Of a stretch of 64,000 nt of DNA, positions 23,606-34,709 are shown piece by piece (position 1 is the stretch's first letter; each line of letters starts with the position of its first letter). Under the pieces are notes generated by a model. The model did not search any database. It saw nothing but the letters and a program-made list of their open reading frames with translations, and had not been told where the DNA came from. Origin of the DNA: Escherichia coli (lineage in GTDB: Bacteria; Pseudomonadota; Gammaproteobacteria; Enterobacterales; Enterobacteriaceae); assembly GCF_030384885.1 (NCBI RefSeq), contig NZ_CP128613.1. One strand, written 5' to 3'. Both the position numbers and the translations under genes were made by a program.

Positions 23606-25297
23606 ATGAGATACATCAAATCGATTACACAGCAGAAGCTGAGCTTTTTGCTTGCAATCTATATTGGCCTTTTTATGAATGGCGCGGTTTTTTACCGCCG
23701 CTTCGGCAGCTATGCGCACGATTTTACCGTCTGGAAAGGCGTTTCTGCTGTTGTTGAACTGGTCGCTACCGTACTGGTGACCTTCTTTTTACTGCGTCTG
23801 CTTTCGCTGTTTGGCCGCCGCAGCTGGCGAATTCTGGCATCGCTGGTGGTGCTCTTTTCTGCAGGTGCCAGCTATTACATGACTTTCCTTAATGTGGTCA
23901 TTGGTTATGGCATCATCGCATCCGTCATGACCACCGATATCGACCTGTCAAAAGAAGTTGTTGGTCTGAACTTTATTCTCTGGTTAATCGCCGTAAGCGC
24001 ATTGCCTCTTATCCTTATCTGGAATAACCGCTGTCGCTACACCTTGCTCCGACAACTGCGAACCCCAGGGCAACGTATTCGGAGTCTGGCGGTCGTCGTA
24101 CTGGCAGGTATTATGGTTTGGGCACCGATTCGTTTGCTGGATATCCAGCAGAAGAAAGTGGAGAGGGCGACAGGTGTTGATTTGCCGAGTTATGGTGGCG
24201 TTGTCGCGAACTCTTATCTGCCATCAAACTGGCTTTCGGCGTTAGGTCTTTATGCCTGGGCGCGGGTCGATGAATCTTCCGATAACAATTCTCTCCTTAA
24301 CCCTGCGAAGAAGTTTACGTACCAGGCTCCACAAAACGTTGATGATACATATGTCGTTTTCATTATTGGTGAAACCACGCGCTGGGATCATATGGGCATT
24401 TTCGGCTATGAACGCAATACCACACCGAAACTGGCTCAGGAGAAAAATCTGGCGGCGTTTCGTGGCTATTCTTGTGACACGGCGACCAAACTTTCTCTGC
24501 GTTGCATGTTTGTGCGTCAGGGTGGAGCAGAAGATAATCCGCAGCGCACATTAAAAGAACAGAACATTTTCGCGGTATTGAAGCAGTTAGGATTCAGTTC
24601 TGATCTCTACGCTATGCAAAGCGAAATGTGGTTCTACAGCAATACGATGGCGGACAATATTGCTTATCGTGAGCAGATTGGTGCGGAACCGCGTAACCGC
24701 GGCAAGCCGGTAGATGATATGTTGCTGGTAGACGAAATGCAGCAATCGCTGGGGCGTAACCCGGATGGTAAGCATCTGATCATTCTGCATACCAAGGGGT
24801 CGCACTTTAACTACACCCAGCGTTACCCGCGCAGCTTTGCGCAGTGGAAGCCAGAATGTATTGGTGTTGATAGCGGCTGTACCAAAGCGCAGATGATCAA
24901 CTCCTACGACAACTCGGTGACCTATGTGGATCACTTTATTTCCAGCGTGATTGATCAGGTTCGCGATAAGAAAGCGATTGTGTTCTACGCAGCTGACCAC
25001 GGTGAGTCAATTAATGAACGCGAGCACCTGCACGGCACACCGCGTGAACTGGCACCGCCGGAGCAGTTCCGCGTACCGATGATGGTCTGGATGTCGGATA
25101 AATATCTGGAAAATCCAGCCAACGCGCAGGCATTTGCGCAGCTGAAAAAAGAAGCCGACATGAAAGTGCCACGCCGTCACGTAGAGCTGTACGACACCAT
25201 CATGGGTTGTCTTGGCTATACTTCACCGGACGGTGGTATTAACGAAAACAACAACTGGTGCCACATCCCGCAGGCAAAAGAGGCAGCGGCTAACTAA
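23606..25297 (+). CDS. eptB: Phosphoethanolamine transferase EptB (Kdo-specific)
   Basis: ORF 23573..25297; start at [16 protein letters not shown] gives 563 aa; N-terminal membrane domain plus sulfatase-like domain. Confidence 0.9.
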   Translation: MRYIKSITQQKLSFLLAIYIGLFMNGAVFYRRFGSYAHDFTVWKGVSAVVELVATVLVTFFLLRLLSLFGRRSWRILASLVVLFSAGASYYMTFLNVVIGYGIIASVMTTDIDLSKEVVGLNFILWLIAVSALPLILIWNNRCRYTLLRQLRTPGQRIRSLAVVVLAGIMVWAPIRLLDIQQKKVERATGVDLPSYGGVVANSYLPSNWLSALGLYAWARVDESSDNNSLLNPAKKFTYQAPQNVDDTYVVFIIGETTRWDHMGIFGYERNTTPKLAQEKNLAAFRGYSCDTATKLSLRCMFVRQGGAEDNPQRTLKEQNIFAVLKQLGFSSDLYAMQSEMWFYSNTMADNIAYREQIGAEPRNRGKPVDDMLLVDEMQQSLGRNPDGKHLIILHTKGSHFNYTQRYPRSFAQWKPECIGVDSGCTKAQMINSYDNSVTYVDHFISSVIDQVRDKKAIVFYAADHGESINEREHLHGTPRELAPPEQFRVPMMVWMSDKYLENPANAQAFAQLKKEADMKVPRRHVELYDTIMGCLGYTSPDGGINENNNWCHIPQAKEAAAN

Positions 25298-25388
25298 GAA
25301 GCCTGCTGACTTTCTCGCCGATCAAAAGGCATTTTGCTATTAAGGGATTGACGAGGGCGTATCTGCGCAGTAAGATGCGCCCCGCATT

Positions 25389-25465
<77 letters not shown>

Positions 25466-25474
25466 AATTCGAAA

Positions 25475-25501
25475 AGCCTGCTCAGCGAGCAGGCTTTTTT
25501 G
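25475..25501 (+). terminator. Rho-independent terminator after proK
   Basis: Hairpin agcctgctc-agcg-agcaggct followed by T6. Confidence 0.6.
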
Positions 25502-25790
25502 CATTTGAAGCCCATGAGGATGAGAACCTCCGGGGGCGGGGAGGTTCGACTCGAGCGAAGCGAGAGAACGTTGCGCCAGCAACGGCCCGCAGGGCGAGCC
25601 ACGAAGTGGCGAGTAATCCTCTATCACCGACCAATTTAGAAAAACCAGCCTACGGGCTGGTTTTTTGCTTTCTGCGACCTGAAGAGGATAAGAACCTCCG
25701 GGGGCAGGGAGGTTCGACTCGAGCAAAGCGAGAGAACGTTGTGGCAGCAACGGCCCGCAGTGGCGAGTAATCCTCTGGCACCGACCAAAA
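25502..25790 (+). repeat. Two tandem ~155-170 bp repeats, each ending in a copy of the proK 3' terminal 19 nt and containing a degenerate T-arm-like segment
   Basis: aatcctctatcaccgacca at 25615..25633 is identical to the tRNA 3' end (25447..25465); aatcctctggcaccgacca at 25769..25787 has 2 mismatches; gggaggttcgactcgagc occurs in both units. Confidence 0.6.
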
Positions 25791-26380
25791 CGGCCCCGCA
25801 TTCATTGTCGGATACAGCGTACCTGTCTTATCCGATCTAAACGGCAACACACCACATATTTCCCTGCCAAATTTGCGCCCCACATCTCACTATCCATTAA
25901 CGGATTTGTGACAGAATCCATTGTCTTTTTTTATATTTGCTTAAATCTTTTTTTGCGTTACTTATGGCTGGCGCTGGCATTTTCCGCTGTGCGTTTTAGC
26001 GTTCATGGTATTAATCGCTCAGATATCCATCTTTTCCTCAGATTTTTTTCATTAAATGCATAAAACTTAATCACCAAATGTTGCTAAATATTAAGCTGAT
26101 TGTTCTGGTTATGTTGGCGTAGCACAAATTTCTCTGCTGCAAATAGCTGTTTGAAGTTTTTTTAATCTTTGTTTGTGGATTCTCACCGTTGGTGTAAATC
26201 CCGGTTGGCTGTATTGACGTTTTCACATTCTGTTGACAGATTGTAGGTCACGAGGGGCATTTTATGGAGGATCCGCACTGTTACACTGATGTTAATTAGT
26301 ACGGCATCCCCACCTCATAACGTTGACCCGACCGGGTAAAAAACAAAAAAGGTCAGGCAGCGACAACCCACTGCAAAGGG

Positions 26381-26402
26381 TTAAAACAACAAACATCACA
26401 AT
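26381..26402 (+). promoter_or_regulatory. C/A-rich element in dppA leader just upstream of RBS (candidate GcvB sRNA target, by established knowledge of dppA regulation)
   Basis: ttaaaacaacaaacatcacaat immediately upstream of GGAG RBS and dppA ATG at 26415. Confidence 0.4.
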
Positions 26403-26414
26403 TGGAGCAGAATA

Positions 26415-28022
26415 ATGCGTATTTCCTTGAAAAAGTCAGGGATGCTGAAGCTTGGTCTCAGCCTGGTGGCTATGACCGTCGCAGCAAGTGTTCAGGCTAA
26501 AACTCTGGTTTATTGCTCAGAAGGATCTCCGGAAGGGTTTAACCCGCAGCTGTTTACCTCCGGCACCACCTATGACGCCTCTTCCGTACCGCTTTATAAC
26601 CGCCTGGTTGAATTTAAAATCGGCACCACTGAAGTGATTCCGGGCCTCGCTGAAAAGTGGGAAGTCAGCGAAGACGGTAAAACCTATACCTTCCATCTGC
26701 GTAAAGGTGTGAAGTGGCATAACAACAAAGAATTCAAACCGACGCGCGAACTGAATGCCGATGACGTGGTGTTCTCGTTCGATCGTCAGAAAAACGCACA
26801 AAACCCGTACCATAAAGTTTCTGGCGGCAGCTACGAATACTTCGAAGGTATGGGCTTGCCGGAGCTGATCAGCGAAGTGAAAAAGGTGGACGACAACACC
26901 GTTCAGTTCGTGCTGACTCGCCCGGAAGCGCCGTTCCTTGCTGACCTGGCAATGGACTTCGCCTCTATTCTGTCAAAAGAATATGCTGACGCGATGATGA
27001 AAGCCGGTACGCCGGAAAAACTGGACCTCAACCCAATCGGCACCGGCCCGTTCCAGTTACAGCAATATCAAAAAGATTCCCGTATTCGCTACAAAGCGTT
27101 TGATGGCTACTGGGGCACCAAACCGCAGATCGATACGCTGGTCTTCTCTATTACTCCTGACGCTTCCGTGCGTTACGCTAAATTGCAGAAGAACGAATGC
27201 CAGGTGATGCCGTACCCGAACCCGGCAGACATCGCTCGCATGAAGCAGGATAAATCCATCAACCTGATGGAAATGCCGGGGCTGAACGTCGGCTATCTCT
27301 CGTATAACGTGCAGAAAAAACCACTGGATGACGTGAAAGTTCGCCAGGCACTGACCTATGCGGTGAACAAAGACGCGATTATCAAAGCGGTGTATCAGGG
27401 CGCTGGCGTATCAGCGAAAAACCTGATCCCGCCAACCATGTGGGGCTATAACGATGATGTTCAGGACTACACCTACGATCCTGAAAAAGCGAAAGCCTTG
27501 CTGAAAGAAGCGGGTCTGGAAAAAGGCTTCTCTATCGACCTGTGGGCAATGCCGGTACAACGTCCGTATAACCCGAACGCTCGTCGCATGGCAGAGATGA
27601 TTCAGGCAGACTGGGCGAAAGTCGGCGTACAAGCGAAAATCGTTACCTACGAATGGGGTGAGTACCTCAAGCGTGCAAAAGATGGCGAGCACCAGACGGT
27701 AATGATGGGCTGGACTGGCGATAACGGGGATCCGGATAACTTCTTCGCTACCCTGTTTAGCTGCGCTGCCTCTGAACAAGGCTCCAACTACTCAAAATGG
27801 TGCTACAAACCGTTTGAAGATCTGATTCAACCGGCGCGTGCTACCGACGACCACAACAAGCGTGTTGAACTGTACAAACAAGCACAGGTCGTGATGCACG
27901 ATCAGGCTCCGGCACTGATCATCGCTCACTCCACCGTGTTTGAACCGGTACGCAAAGAAGTTAAAGGCTATGTGGTTGATCCATTAGGCAAACATCACTT
28001 CGAAAACGTCTCTATCGAATAA
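26415..28022 (+). CDS. dppA: Dipeptide ABC transporter periplasmic binding protein
   Basis: 535 aa with signal peptide; followed by dppBCDF. Confidence 0.97.
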   Translation: MRISLKKSGMLKLGLSLVAMTVAASVQAKTLVYCSEGSPEGFNPQLFTSGTTYDASSVPLYNRLVEFKIGTTEVIPGLAEKWEVSEDGKTYTFHLRKGVKWHNNKEFKPTRELNADDVVFSFDRQKNAQNPYHKVSGGSYEYFEGMGLPELISEVKKVDDNTVQFVLTRPEAPFLADLAMDFASILSKEYADAMMKAGTPEKLDLNPIGTGPFQLQQYQKDSRIRYKAFDGYWGTKPQIDTLVFSITPDASVRYAKLQKNECQVMPYPNPADIARMKQDKSINLMEMPGLNVGYLSYNVQKKPLDDVKVRQALTYAVNKDAIIKAVYQGAGVSAKNLIPPTMWGYNDDVQDYTYDPEKAKALLKEAGLEKGFSIDLWAMPVQRPYNPNARRMAEMIQADWAKVGVQAKIVTYEWGEYLKRAKDGEHQTVMMGWTGDNGDPDNFFATLFSCAASEQGSNYSKWCYKPFEDLIQPARATDDHNKRVELYKQAQVVMHDQAPALIIAHSTVFEPVRKEVKGYVVDPLGKHHFENVSIE

Positions 28023-28057
28023 TTAAAAGCCATACAAGGTTGATGGCAAACGCAAAA

Positions 28058-28238
<181 letters not shown>

Positions 28239-28329
28239 TTAATTCCTTGTCCTATAAGGGCGGGAATTGATTTGTGAGCAATACAGACTCGCAGTTCCAG
28301 GCTGCGGGTCACTACAGAGAATCCGGGTT

Positions 28330-29349
28330 ATGTTGCAGTTTATTCTCCGACGTTTGGGACTCGTCATCCCCACGTTTATCGGTATTACCCTTCTCACATT
28401 TGCCTTTGTCCACATGATCCCGGGCGATCCGGTGATGATCATGGCGGGTGAACGTGGGATCTCCCCAGAGCGTCACGCACAATTGCTGGCAGAACTCGGC
28501 TTGGATAAACCGATGTGGCAGCAGTATCTCCATTACATTTGGGGTGTAATGCACGGTGATTTAGGCATTTCGATGAAAAGCCGCATCCCGGTTTGGGAAG
28601 AGTTCGTGCCGCGCTTCCAGGCCACGCTGGAACTTGGCGTCTGCGCGATGATTTTTGCGACCGCGGTCGGTATTCCGGTTGGTGTGCTGGCTGCGGTTAA
28701 ACGCGGTTCTATTTTCGATCACACGGCGGTTGGTCTGGCGCTGACCGGCTACTCCATGCCGATCTTCTGGTGGGGCATGATGTTGATCATGCTGGTTTCG
28801 GTGCACTGGAACCTGACGCCTGTCTCCGGTCGCGTGAGCGACATGGTGTTCCTCGATGACTCCAATCCGTTAACCGGTTTTATGCTAATCGACACCGCCA
28901 TCTGGGGTGAAGACGGTAACTTTATCGATGCCGTCGCCCATATGATCCTGCCCGCCATTGTGCTGGGTACTATCCCGCTGGCGGTCATTGTACGTATGAC
29001 GCGCTCCTCGATGCTGGAAGTGCTGGGCGAGGATTACATCCGCACCGCGCGTGCCAAAGGGCTGACCCGCCTTAGGGTGATTATCGTCCATGCGCTGCGT
29101 AATGCCATGCTGCCGGTGGTGACCGTTATCGGCCTGCAGGTGGGAACATTGCTGGCAGGCGCGATTCTGACCGAAACCATCTTCTCGTGGCCAGGTCTGG
29201 GGCGCTGGTTGATTGACGCGCTGCAACGCCGCGATTATCCGGTAGTGCAGGGAGGCGTATTACTGGTGGCGACGATGATTATCCTCGTCAACCTGCTGGT
29301 CGATCTGCTGTACGGCGTGGTGAACCCGCGTATTCGTCATAAGAAGTAA
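28330..29349 (+). CDS. dppB: Dipeptide ABC transporter permease
   Basis: ORF 28267..29349; start at MLQFILRRLGLVIPTF gives 339 aa. Confidence 0.95.
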   Translation: MLQFILRRLGLVIPTFIGITLLTFAFVHMIPGDPVMIMAGERGISPERHAQLLAELGLDKPMWQQYLHYIWGVMHGDLGISMKSRIPVWEEFVPRFQATLELGVCAMIFATAVGIPVGVLAAVKRGSIFDHTAVGLALTGYSMPIFWWGMMLIMLVSVHWNLTPVSGRVSDMVFLDDSNPLTGFMLIDTAIWGEDGNFIDAVAHMILPAIVLGTIPLAVIVRMTRSSMLEVLGEDYIRTARAKGLTRLRVIIVHALRNAMLPVVTVIGLQVGTLLAGAILTETIFSWPGLGRWLIDALQRRDYPVVQGGVLLVATMIILVNLLVDLLYGVVNPRIRHKK

Positions 29350-29358
29350 GGGGACATC

Positions 29359-30261
29359 ATGTCACAGGTTACTGAAAATAAAGTGATTAGCGCACCGGTG
29401 CCGATGACCCCGTTACAGGAGTTCTGGCACTATTTTAAACGCAACAAAGGCGCGGTTGTCGGGCTGGTTTACGTCGTCATCGTGCTGTTTATCGCGATCT
29501 TTGCCAACTGGATTGCACCCTATAACCCAGCGGAACAGTTCCGCGATGCACTGCTCGCCCCGCCAGCCTGGCAAGAAGGCGGCAGTATGGCGCACTTGCT
29601 GGGCACCGATGACGTAGGTCGTGATGTGCTGTCGCGGCTGATGTACGGCGCGCGCTTGTCGCTGCTGGTTGGCTGTCTGGTAGTGGTGTTATCGCTGATT
29701 ATGGGCGTTATTCTCGGCCTGATCGCTGGTTACTTTGGCGGCCTGGTCGATAACATCATCATGCGCGTGGTCGATATCATGCTGGCGCTGCCAAGTCTGC
29801 TGCTGGCGCTGGTGCTGGTGGCGATTTTCGGCCCGTCGATTGGTAACGCCGCGCTGGCGCTAACCTTCGTTGCGCTGCCGCACTATGTGCGCTTAACCCG
29901 CGCCGCCGTGCTGGTGGAGGTGAATCGCGATTACGTCACCGCGTCTCGCGTGGCGGGGGCCGGGGCGATGCGTCAGATGTTTATTAACATCTTCCCGAAC
30001 TGCCTTGCGCCGCTGATTGTTCAGGCGTCGCTCGGTTTCTCTAACGCCATTCTCGATATGGCTGCTCTTGGTTTCCTCGGCATGGGAGCGCAGCCGCCAA
30101 CACCGGAGTGGGGCACCATGCTCTCCGATGTGTTGCAGTTCGCGCAAAGCGCCTGGTGGGTCGTAACCTTCCCCGGTCTGGCGATCCTGCTGACGGTGCT
30201 GGCATTTAACCTGATGGGTGACGGTCTGCGTGACGCGCTCGATCCCAAACTGAAGCAGTAA
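29359..30261 (+). CDS. dppC: Dipeptide ABC transporter permease
   Basis: 300 aa membrane ORF. Confidence 0.95.
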
Positions 30262-30271
30262 GAGGTTCGAG

Positions 30272-31255
30272 ATGGCGTTATTAAATGTAGATAAATTATC
30301 GGTGCATTTCGGCGACGAAAGCGCACCGTTCCGCGCCGTAGACCGTATCAGCTACAGCGTAAAACAGGGCGAAGTGGTCGGAATTGTGGGTGAGTCTGGC
30401 TCCGGTAAGTCGGTCAGTTCACTGGCGATTATGGGGCTGATTGATTATCCGGGCCGCGTGATGGCAGAAAAGCTGGAGTTTAACGGCCAGGATTTGCAGC
30501 GTATCTCGGAAAAAGAGCGCCGCAACCTGGTGGGTGCCGAAGTGGCGATGATCTTTCAGGACCCGATGACCAGCCTCAACCCGTGTTACACCGTAGGTTT
30601 CCAGATTATGGAAGCAATTAAAGTGCATCAGGGCGGTAATAAGAGCACTCGCCGTCAGCGGGCGATTGATCTGCTGAATCAGGTCGGTATTCCCGATCCG
30701 GCATCGCGTCTGGATGTTTACCCGCATCAGCTTTCTGGCGGCATGAGCCAGCGTGTGATGATCGCCATGGCGATTGCCTGTCGGCCAAAACTGCTGATTG
30801 CTGATGAGCCGACCACCGCGCTGGACGTGACCATTCAGGCACAAATCATCGAACTGCTGCTGGAGCTGCAGCAGAAAGAGAACATGGCGCTGGTGTTGAT
30901 TACCCATGACCTGGCGCTGGTGGCGGAAGCGGCGCATAAAATCATCGTCATGTATGCAGGCCAGGTGGTGGAAACGGGCGATGCCCACGCCATCTTCCAT
31001 GCACCGCGTCATCCGTATACTCAGGCATTGCTGCGCGCGCTGCCGGAATTTGCCCAGGACAAAGAACGTCTGGCGTCATTGCCTGGCGTCGTTCCTGGCA
31101 AATACGACCGACCGAATGGCTGCCTGCTTAACCCGCGTTGCCCCTATGCCACTGACAGATGCCGTGCTGAAGAACCGGCGCTGAATATGCTCGCTGACGG
31201 GCGTCAGTCCAAATGCCATTACCCACTTGATGATGCCGGGAGGCCCACACTATGA
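30272..31255 (+). CDS. dppD: Dipeptide ABC transporter ATP-binding protein
   Basis: 327 aa; Walker A GESGSGKS. Confidence 0.95.
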
Positions 31256-32256
31256 GTACGCAAGAGGCCACCCTGCAACAACCGCTGTTGCAGGCTATCG
31301 ACCTGAAAAAACATTATCCGGTGAAGAAAGGCATGTTCGCGCCGGAACGTCTTGTAAAGGCGCTGGATGGCGTTTCGTTTAATCTTGAACGTGGCAAAAC
31401 GCTGGCAGTAGTGGGTGAATCTGGCTGCGGTAAGTCGACCCTCGGTCGGTTGCTGACGATGATTGAAACGCCCACCGGCGGCGAACTGTATTACCAGGGG
31501 CAGGATCTGCTCAAGCACGATCCGCAGGCGCAGAAGTTGCGTCGGCAGAAAATCCAGATCGTCTTTCAGAATCCCTATGGCTCGCTGAATCCGCGTAAAA
31601 AAGTCGGGCAAATTCTTGAAGAGCCGCTGCTTATTAACACCAGTTTAAGCAAAGAACAGCGTCGGGAAAAAGCGTTGTCGATGATGGCAAAAGTTGGCCT
31701 AAAAACCGAGCATTACGACCGCTACCCGCATATGTTCTCCGGCGGTCAGCGTCAGCGTATCGCCATTGCCCGTGGTCTGATGCTCGACCCGGATGTGGTG
31801 ATTGCCGATGAACCGGTTTCCGCGCTGGACGTTTCAGTGCGTGCGCAGGTGCTGAATCTGATGATGGATTTGCAGCAGGAGTTGGGGCTGTCTTATGTCT
31901 TTATCTCGCACGACCTGTCGGTGGTGGAGCACATTGCTGATGAAGTGATGGTGATGTACCTGGGCCGCTGCGTGGAGAAGGGAACGAAGGACCAAATCTT
32001 CAATAACCCGCGTCATCCGTACACCCAGGCGCTACTCTCCGCAACGCCGCGCCTGAACCCGGACGATCGCCGCGAGCGCATTAAGCTCACCGGTGAACTG
32101 CCAAGCCCGCTCAATCCACCGCCGGGCTGCGCGTTTAACGCCCGCTGTCGTCGGCGCTTCGGCCCCTGCACCCAGTTGCAGCCGCAGCTAAAAGACTACG
32201 GCGGTCAACTGGTAGCTTGTTTTGCTGTTGATCAGGATGAAAATCCGCAGCGGTAA
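31252..32256 (+). CDS. dppF: Dipeptide ABC transporter ATP-binding protein
   Basis: 334 aa; Walker [10 protein letters not shown]; start overlaps dppD stop. Confidence 0.95.
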
Positions 32257-32285
32257 CTCACAAAACCGGGGCCATGCGCTCCGGT

Positions 32286-33557
32286 TTACTCAATCAGCTT
32301 CAACAGTGGCGACAAGCATAACAAAATGCCGTACAGCAGAATCATCCAGGCTTTAAACCCGCGAAGTTTTTCCAGTTGTGAGACTTTTGAGATCAGGAAA
32401 AACGGAATGAGGCACGACACAATGCCATATAACGGGCTTCCCAACTGAAAGAACACCAGCACCGATACACGAAACGAAACCCAAATCGTCAACGTAATGA
32501 CGATAAAAGCGCAGATCGCCAGAGTCAGCATACGTGAGTTAATTTTCTGGGTATCAATAATTCGGCTTAACAGATTGAGAATAATGCCTTTAATGGCCTC
32601 GTGGAAACCGAGATAAATGCCAAAGAATGCGGTCAGTACGGCAAAGATATTCAGCACCGTAGAGGTGATATGAATGATATGCCCAGGGATCACCTGCGCG
32701 GCCAGTGCCAGTGCCGAGATATTTTGTTCAAAGGCAGAAACGGCTTCTTCGTGGCTAATTGAGAAGGTAAACGAAAAGGCAAAAAACAGGATCACCGCGA
32801 TGAGCGTGACATAACTAATTCGGTGGGTGCGCAGCGCGAGCCGGGTTGCCAGTACTTTATCCGCTTCCCGTTTACGATAGGCAATATTCATTGGGTTAAG
32901 TACCTGAATAAATACCGCAGAAAAGAAGCAAAAGGGAATGGTAAGCAGGACATCGCGGAAAAAGACGGAGGCTTGCGGGAAGGCGGTTATATTGGCGAAA
33001 TTCCAGTGCGGGATCATCGCAAAACCGAACACGACGATAATCCCTACTTTGACCACCACCATTGGCCCGGAAATCTTAAACAGTAATCGTTCACCACCAG
33101 ACGCAATTGCCACCAGTACGGCGAAAATGGCGACTTTATAAAGTAGAGATTGTGAAAGATCGGCATCGGTTAAACCGAAGGTTTTCAGGTACGAGGCGCT
33201 GTCGAAAACCACGGAGAGAGAGTAGATAAAAATCCCGTGGATAATCATCAAAAAGTAGATAACCCCGAGGAAAATTCCCCAGTTCTTCCCCAGGTAATGA
33301 CTGATAATATCGGTGTAGTCATTACAGGAATCGCTTTCAGAAAGGGTTTTTAAATAAATGTCCTGCACTACCCAGGTGGCAGGATAAGCAATGATCGCTG
33401 CGGTAATAAATACCCAAATTCCCTTCAAGCCAATTTGTACTGGCATCAGCACGGTTCCGGCACCAATCGCCATGCCTATGCATAATAAAACCCAGCCGAA
33501 GTCGTAGCGTGTAAACGGCATTTTCTGATCGTGTTTCGGTAGTGTGTTGTGCTGCAT
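32286..33557 (-). CDS. yhjV: Amino acid permease-like transporter YhjV
   Basis: ORF 32286..33620; start at [15 protein letters not shown] gives 423 aa; polytopic membrane protein. Confidence 0.85.
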   Translation of the reverse strand: MQHNTLPKHDQKMPFTRYDFGWVLLCIGMAIGAGTVLMPVQIGLKGIWVFITAAIIAYPATWVVQDIYLKTLSESDSCNDYTDIISHYLGKNWGIFLGVIYFLMIIHGIFIYSLSVVFDSASYLKTFGLTDADLSQSLLYKVAIFAVLVAIASGGERLLFKISGPMVVVKVGIIVVFGFAMIPHWNFANITAFPQASVFFRDVLLTIPFCFFSAVFIQVLNPMNIAYRKREADKVLATRLALRTHRISYVTLIAVILFFAFSFTFSISHEEAVSAFEQNISALALAAQVIPGHIIHITSTVLNIFAVLTAFFGIYLGFHEAIKGIILNLLSRIIDTQKINSRMLTLAICAFIVITLTIWVSFRVSVLVFFQLGSPLYGIVSCLIPFFLISKVSQLEKLRGFKAWMILLYGILLCLSPLLKLIE

Positions 33558-33914
33558 AAAGTCCTGTCCAGAAAGAAGTCGGCCTCGCAAAAATGAATAA
33601 ACCCAGTTTCTCTTGCGCAACAGGTGGAGAAGTCGAATACGCAGTATGTAAAAAATGAGGCAACAGATTCACTGGGGAGGTCGCGAGGAGGCGCAATTCT
33701 ACAAAATTGCGCATTTCACTACCAGTCTGGAGTCAGCCCGGATATGAACTGCAACTATTGCAAATAAAGAAATTAAGCTGGAAGGCATCACGCAATGAGG
33801 AAGATTGCCGGGTGCTGACGGTAAAAAGCAATCGTAAAAGCAGCGGCAAGCCGGAAAGGTTCCGGTGAGGCGCAATGTTGCGAGGGCTTAATCCCTGGTG
33901 GCATTGGTTGCTGG

Positions 33915-33984
33915 AGAGAGAAAACCCCCGCACGTTGCAGATATTCACCTGACAACATCACGGGGGCTAATCTTGAACCTAGAC
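33915..33984 (-). ncRNA. rdlD: Rdl-like antisense RNA (copy 1), approximate ends
   Basis: Minus-strand gtctaggttcaagattagcccccgtgatgttgtcaggtgaatatctgcaacgtgcgggggttttctctctcc with terminal hairpin cccccgc/gcggggg plus U-run, upstream of ldr ORF; boundaries estimated. Confidence 0.45.
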
Positions 33985-34032
33985 CACTCAAGAATAGCCG
34001 CGAAACGTTGTCATTACAACACAGGCGGCTAT

Positions 34033-34140
34033 ATGACGCTCGCAGAACTGGGCATGGCCTTCTGGCATGATTTAGCGGCTCCGGTCATTGCTGGCATTCT
34101 TGCCAGCATGATCGTGAACTGGCTGAATAAGCGGAAGTAA
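34033..34140 (+). CDS. ldrD: Ldr-family type I toxin peptide (35 aa), copy 1
   Basis: MTLAELGMAFWHDLAAPVIAGILASMIVNWLNKRK. Confidence 0.85.
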   Translation: MTLAELGMAFWHDLAAPVIAGILASMIVNWLNKRK

Positions 34141-34190
34141 CGTGTCAGACGGGCGTCAGGCTGCCGTAATGGCAATTTGCGCCCGGACCA

Positions 34191-34223
34191 GGCCGCAGGG
34201 ATAAAACTCTGCGGCCTTTTTCG
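34191..34223 (+). terminator. Rho-independent terminator after ldr copy 1
   Basis: ggccgcag-ggataaaact-ctgcggcc followed by T5. Confidence 0.5.
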
Positions 34224-34397
34224 TAAGAAAAATGCAACGGTTGCAAGCGGATAATATTCTGCGGAATGCGCAGCACAGAGTGAAGAAGTGATGGATTCCG
34301 GAACAGAAAAACAGTCGTAGAATCAGCGGCAAGCCGGAAGGGTTCCGGTGAGGCGCAATGTTGCGGGGGCTTAATCCCTGGTGGCATTGGTTGCTGG

Positions 34398-34467
34398 AGA
34401 GAGAAAACCCCCGCACGTTGCAGGTATGCACCTGACAACATCACGGGGGCTAATCTTGAACCCAAAC
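34398..34467 (-). ncRNA. Rdl-like antisense RNA (copy 2), approximate ends
   Basis: Duplicate of copy 1 offset by 483 bp with a few substitutions. Confidence 0.4.
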
Positions 34468-34515
34468 AACTCAAGAATAGCCGCGAAACGTTGTCATTAC
34501 AACAGAGGCGGCTAT

Positions 34516-34623
34516 ATGACGCTCGCAGAACTGGGCATGGCCTTCTGGCATGATTTAGCGGCTCCGGTCATTGCTGGCATTCTTGCCAGTCTGATCGTGA
34601 ACTCGCTGAATAAGCGGAAGTAA
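34516..34623 (+). CDS. Ldr-family type I toxin peptide (35 aa), copy 2 (variant)
   Basis: MTLAELGMAFWHDLAAPVIAGILASLIVNSLNKRK; differs from copy 1 at two positions (M26L, W30S). Confidence 0.8.
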   Translation: MTLAELGMAFWHDLAAPVIAGILASLIVNSLNKRK

Positions 34624-34709
34624 CGTGTCATGCGGGCGTCAGGCTGCCGTAATGGCAATTTGCGCCCGGATCAGGCCGCAGGGGTGAAACTCTGCGGCCT
34701 TTTTCGTTC

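Larger units (their letters stand above)
33841..34706 (+). repeat. Tandem duplication (~380 bp units separated by ~100 bp) of an ldr/rdl type I toxin-antitoxin module
   Basis: Unit 1 about 33841..34223 and unit 2 about 34324..34706 are near-identical, including leader, 35-codon ORF and terminator. Confidence 0.7.

Noticed and set aside
25502-25790. Possible CRISPR array near proK, and similarly the ldr duplication
   Set aside because: Only two repeat units are present, they are long (over 150 bp) rather than 28-37 bp with unique spacers, and no cas genes or leader are nearby.
33733-34474. Minus-strand ORFs of 67-109 aa (MSGLGSRLAPVMLSGEYLQRAG... and its duplicate) overlapping the ldr/rdl units
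   Set aside because: These are duplicated frames opposite the ldr leader that coincide with the Rdl antisense RNA and its terminator. They are better explained as non-coding RNA sequence than as proteins.
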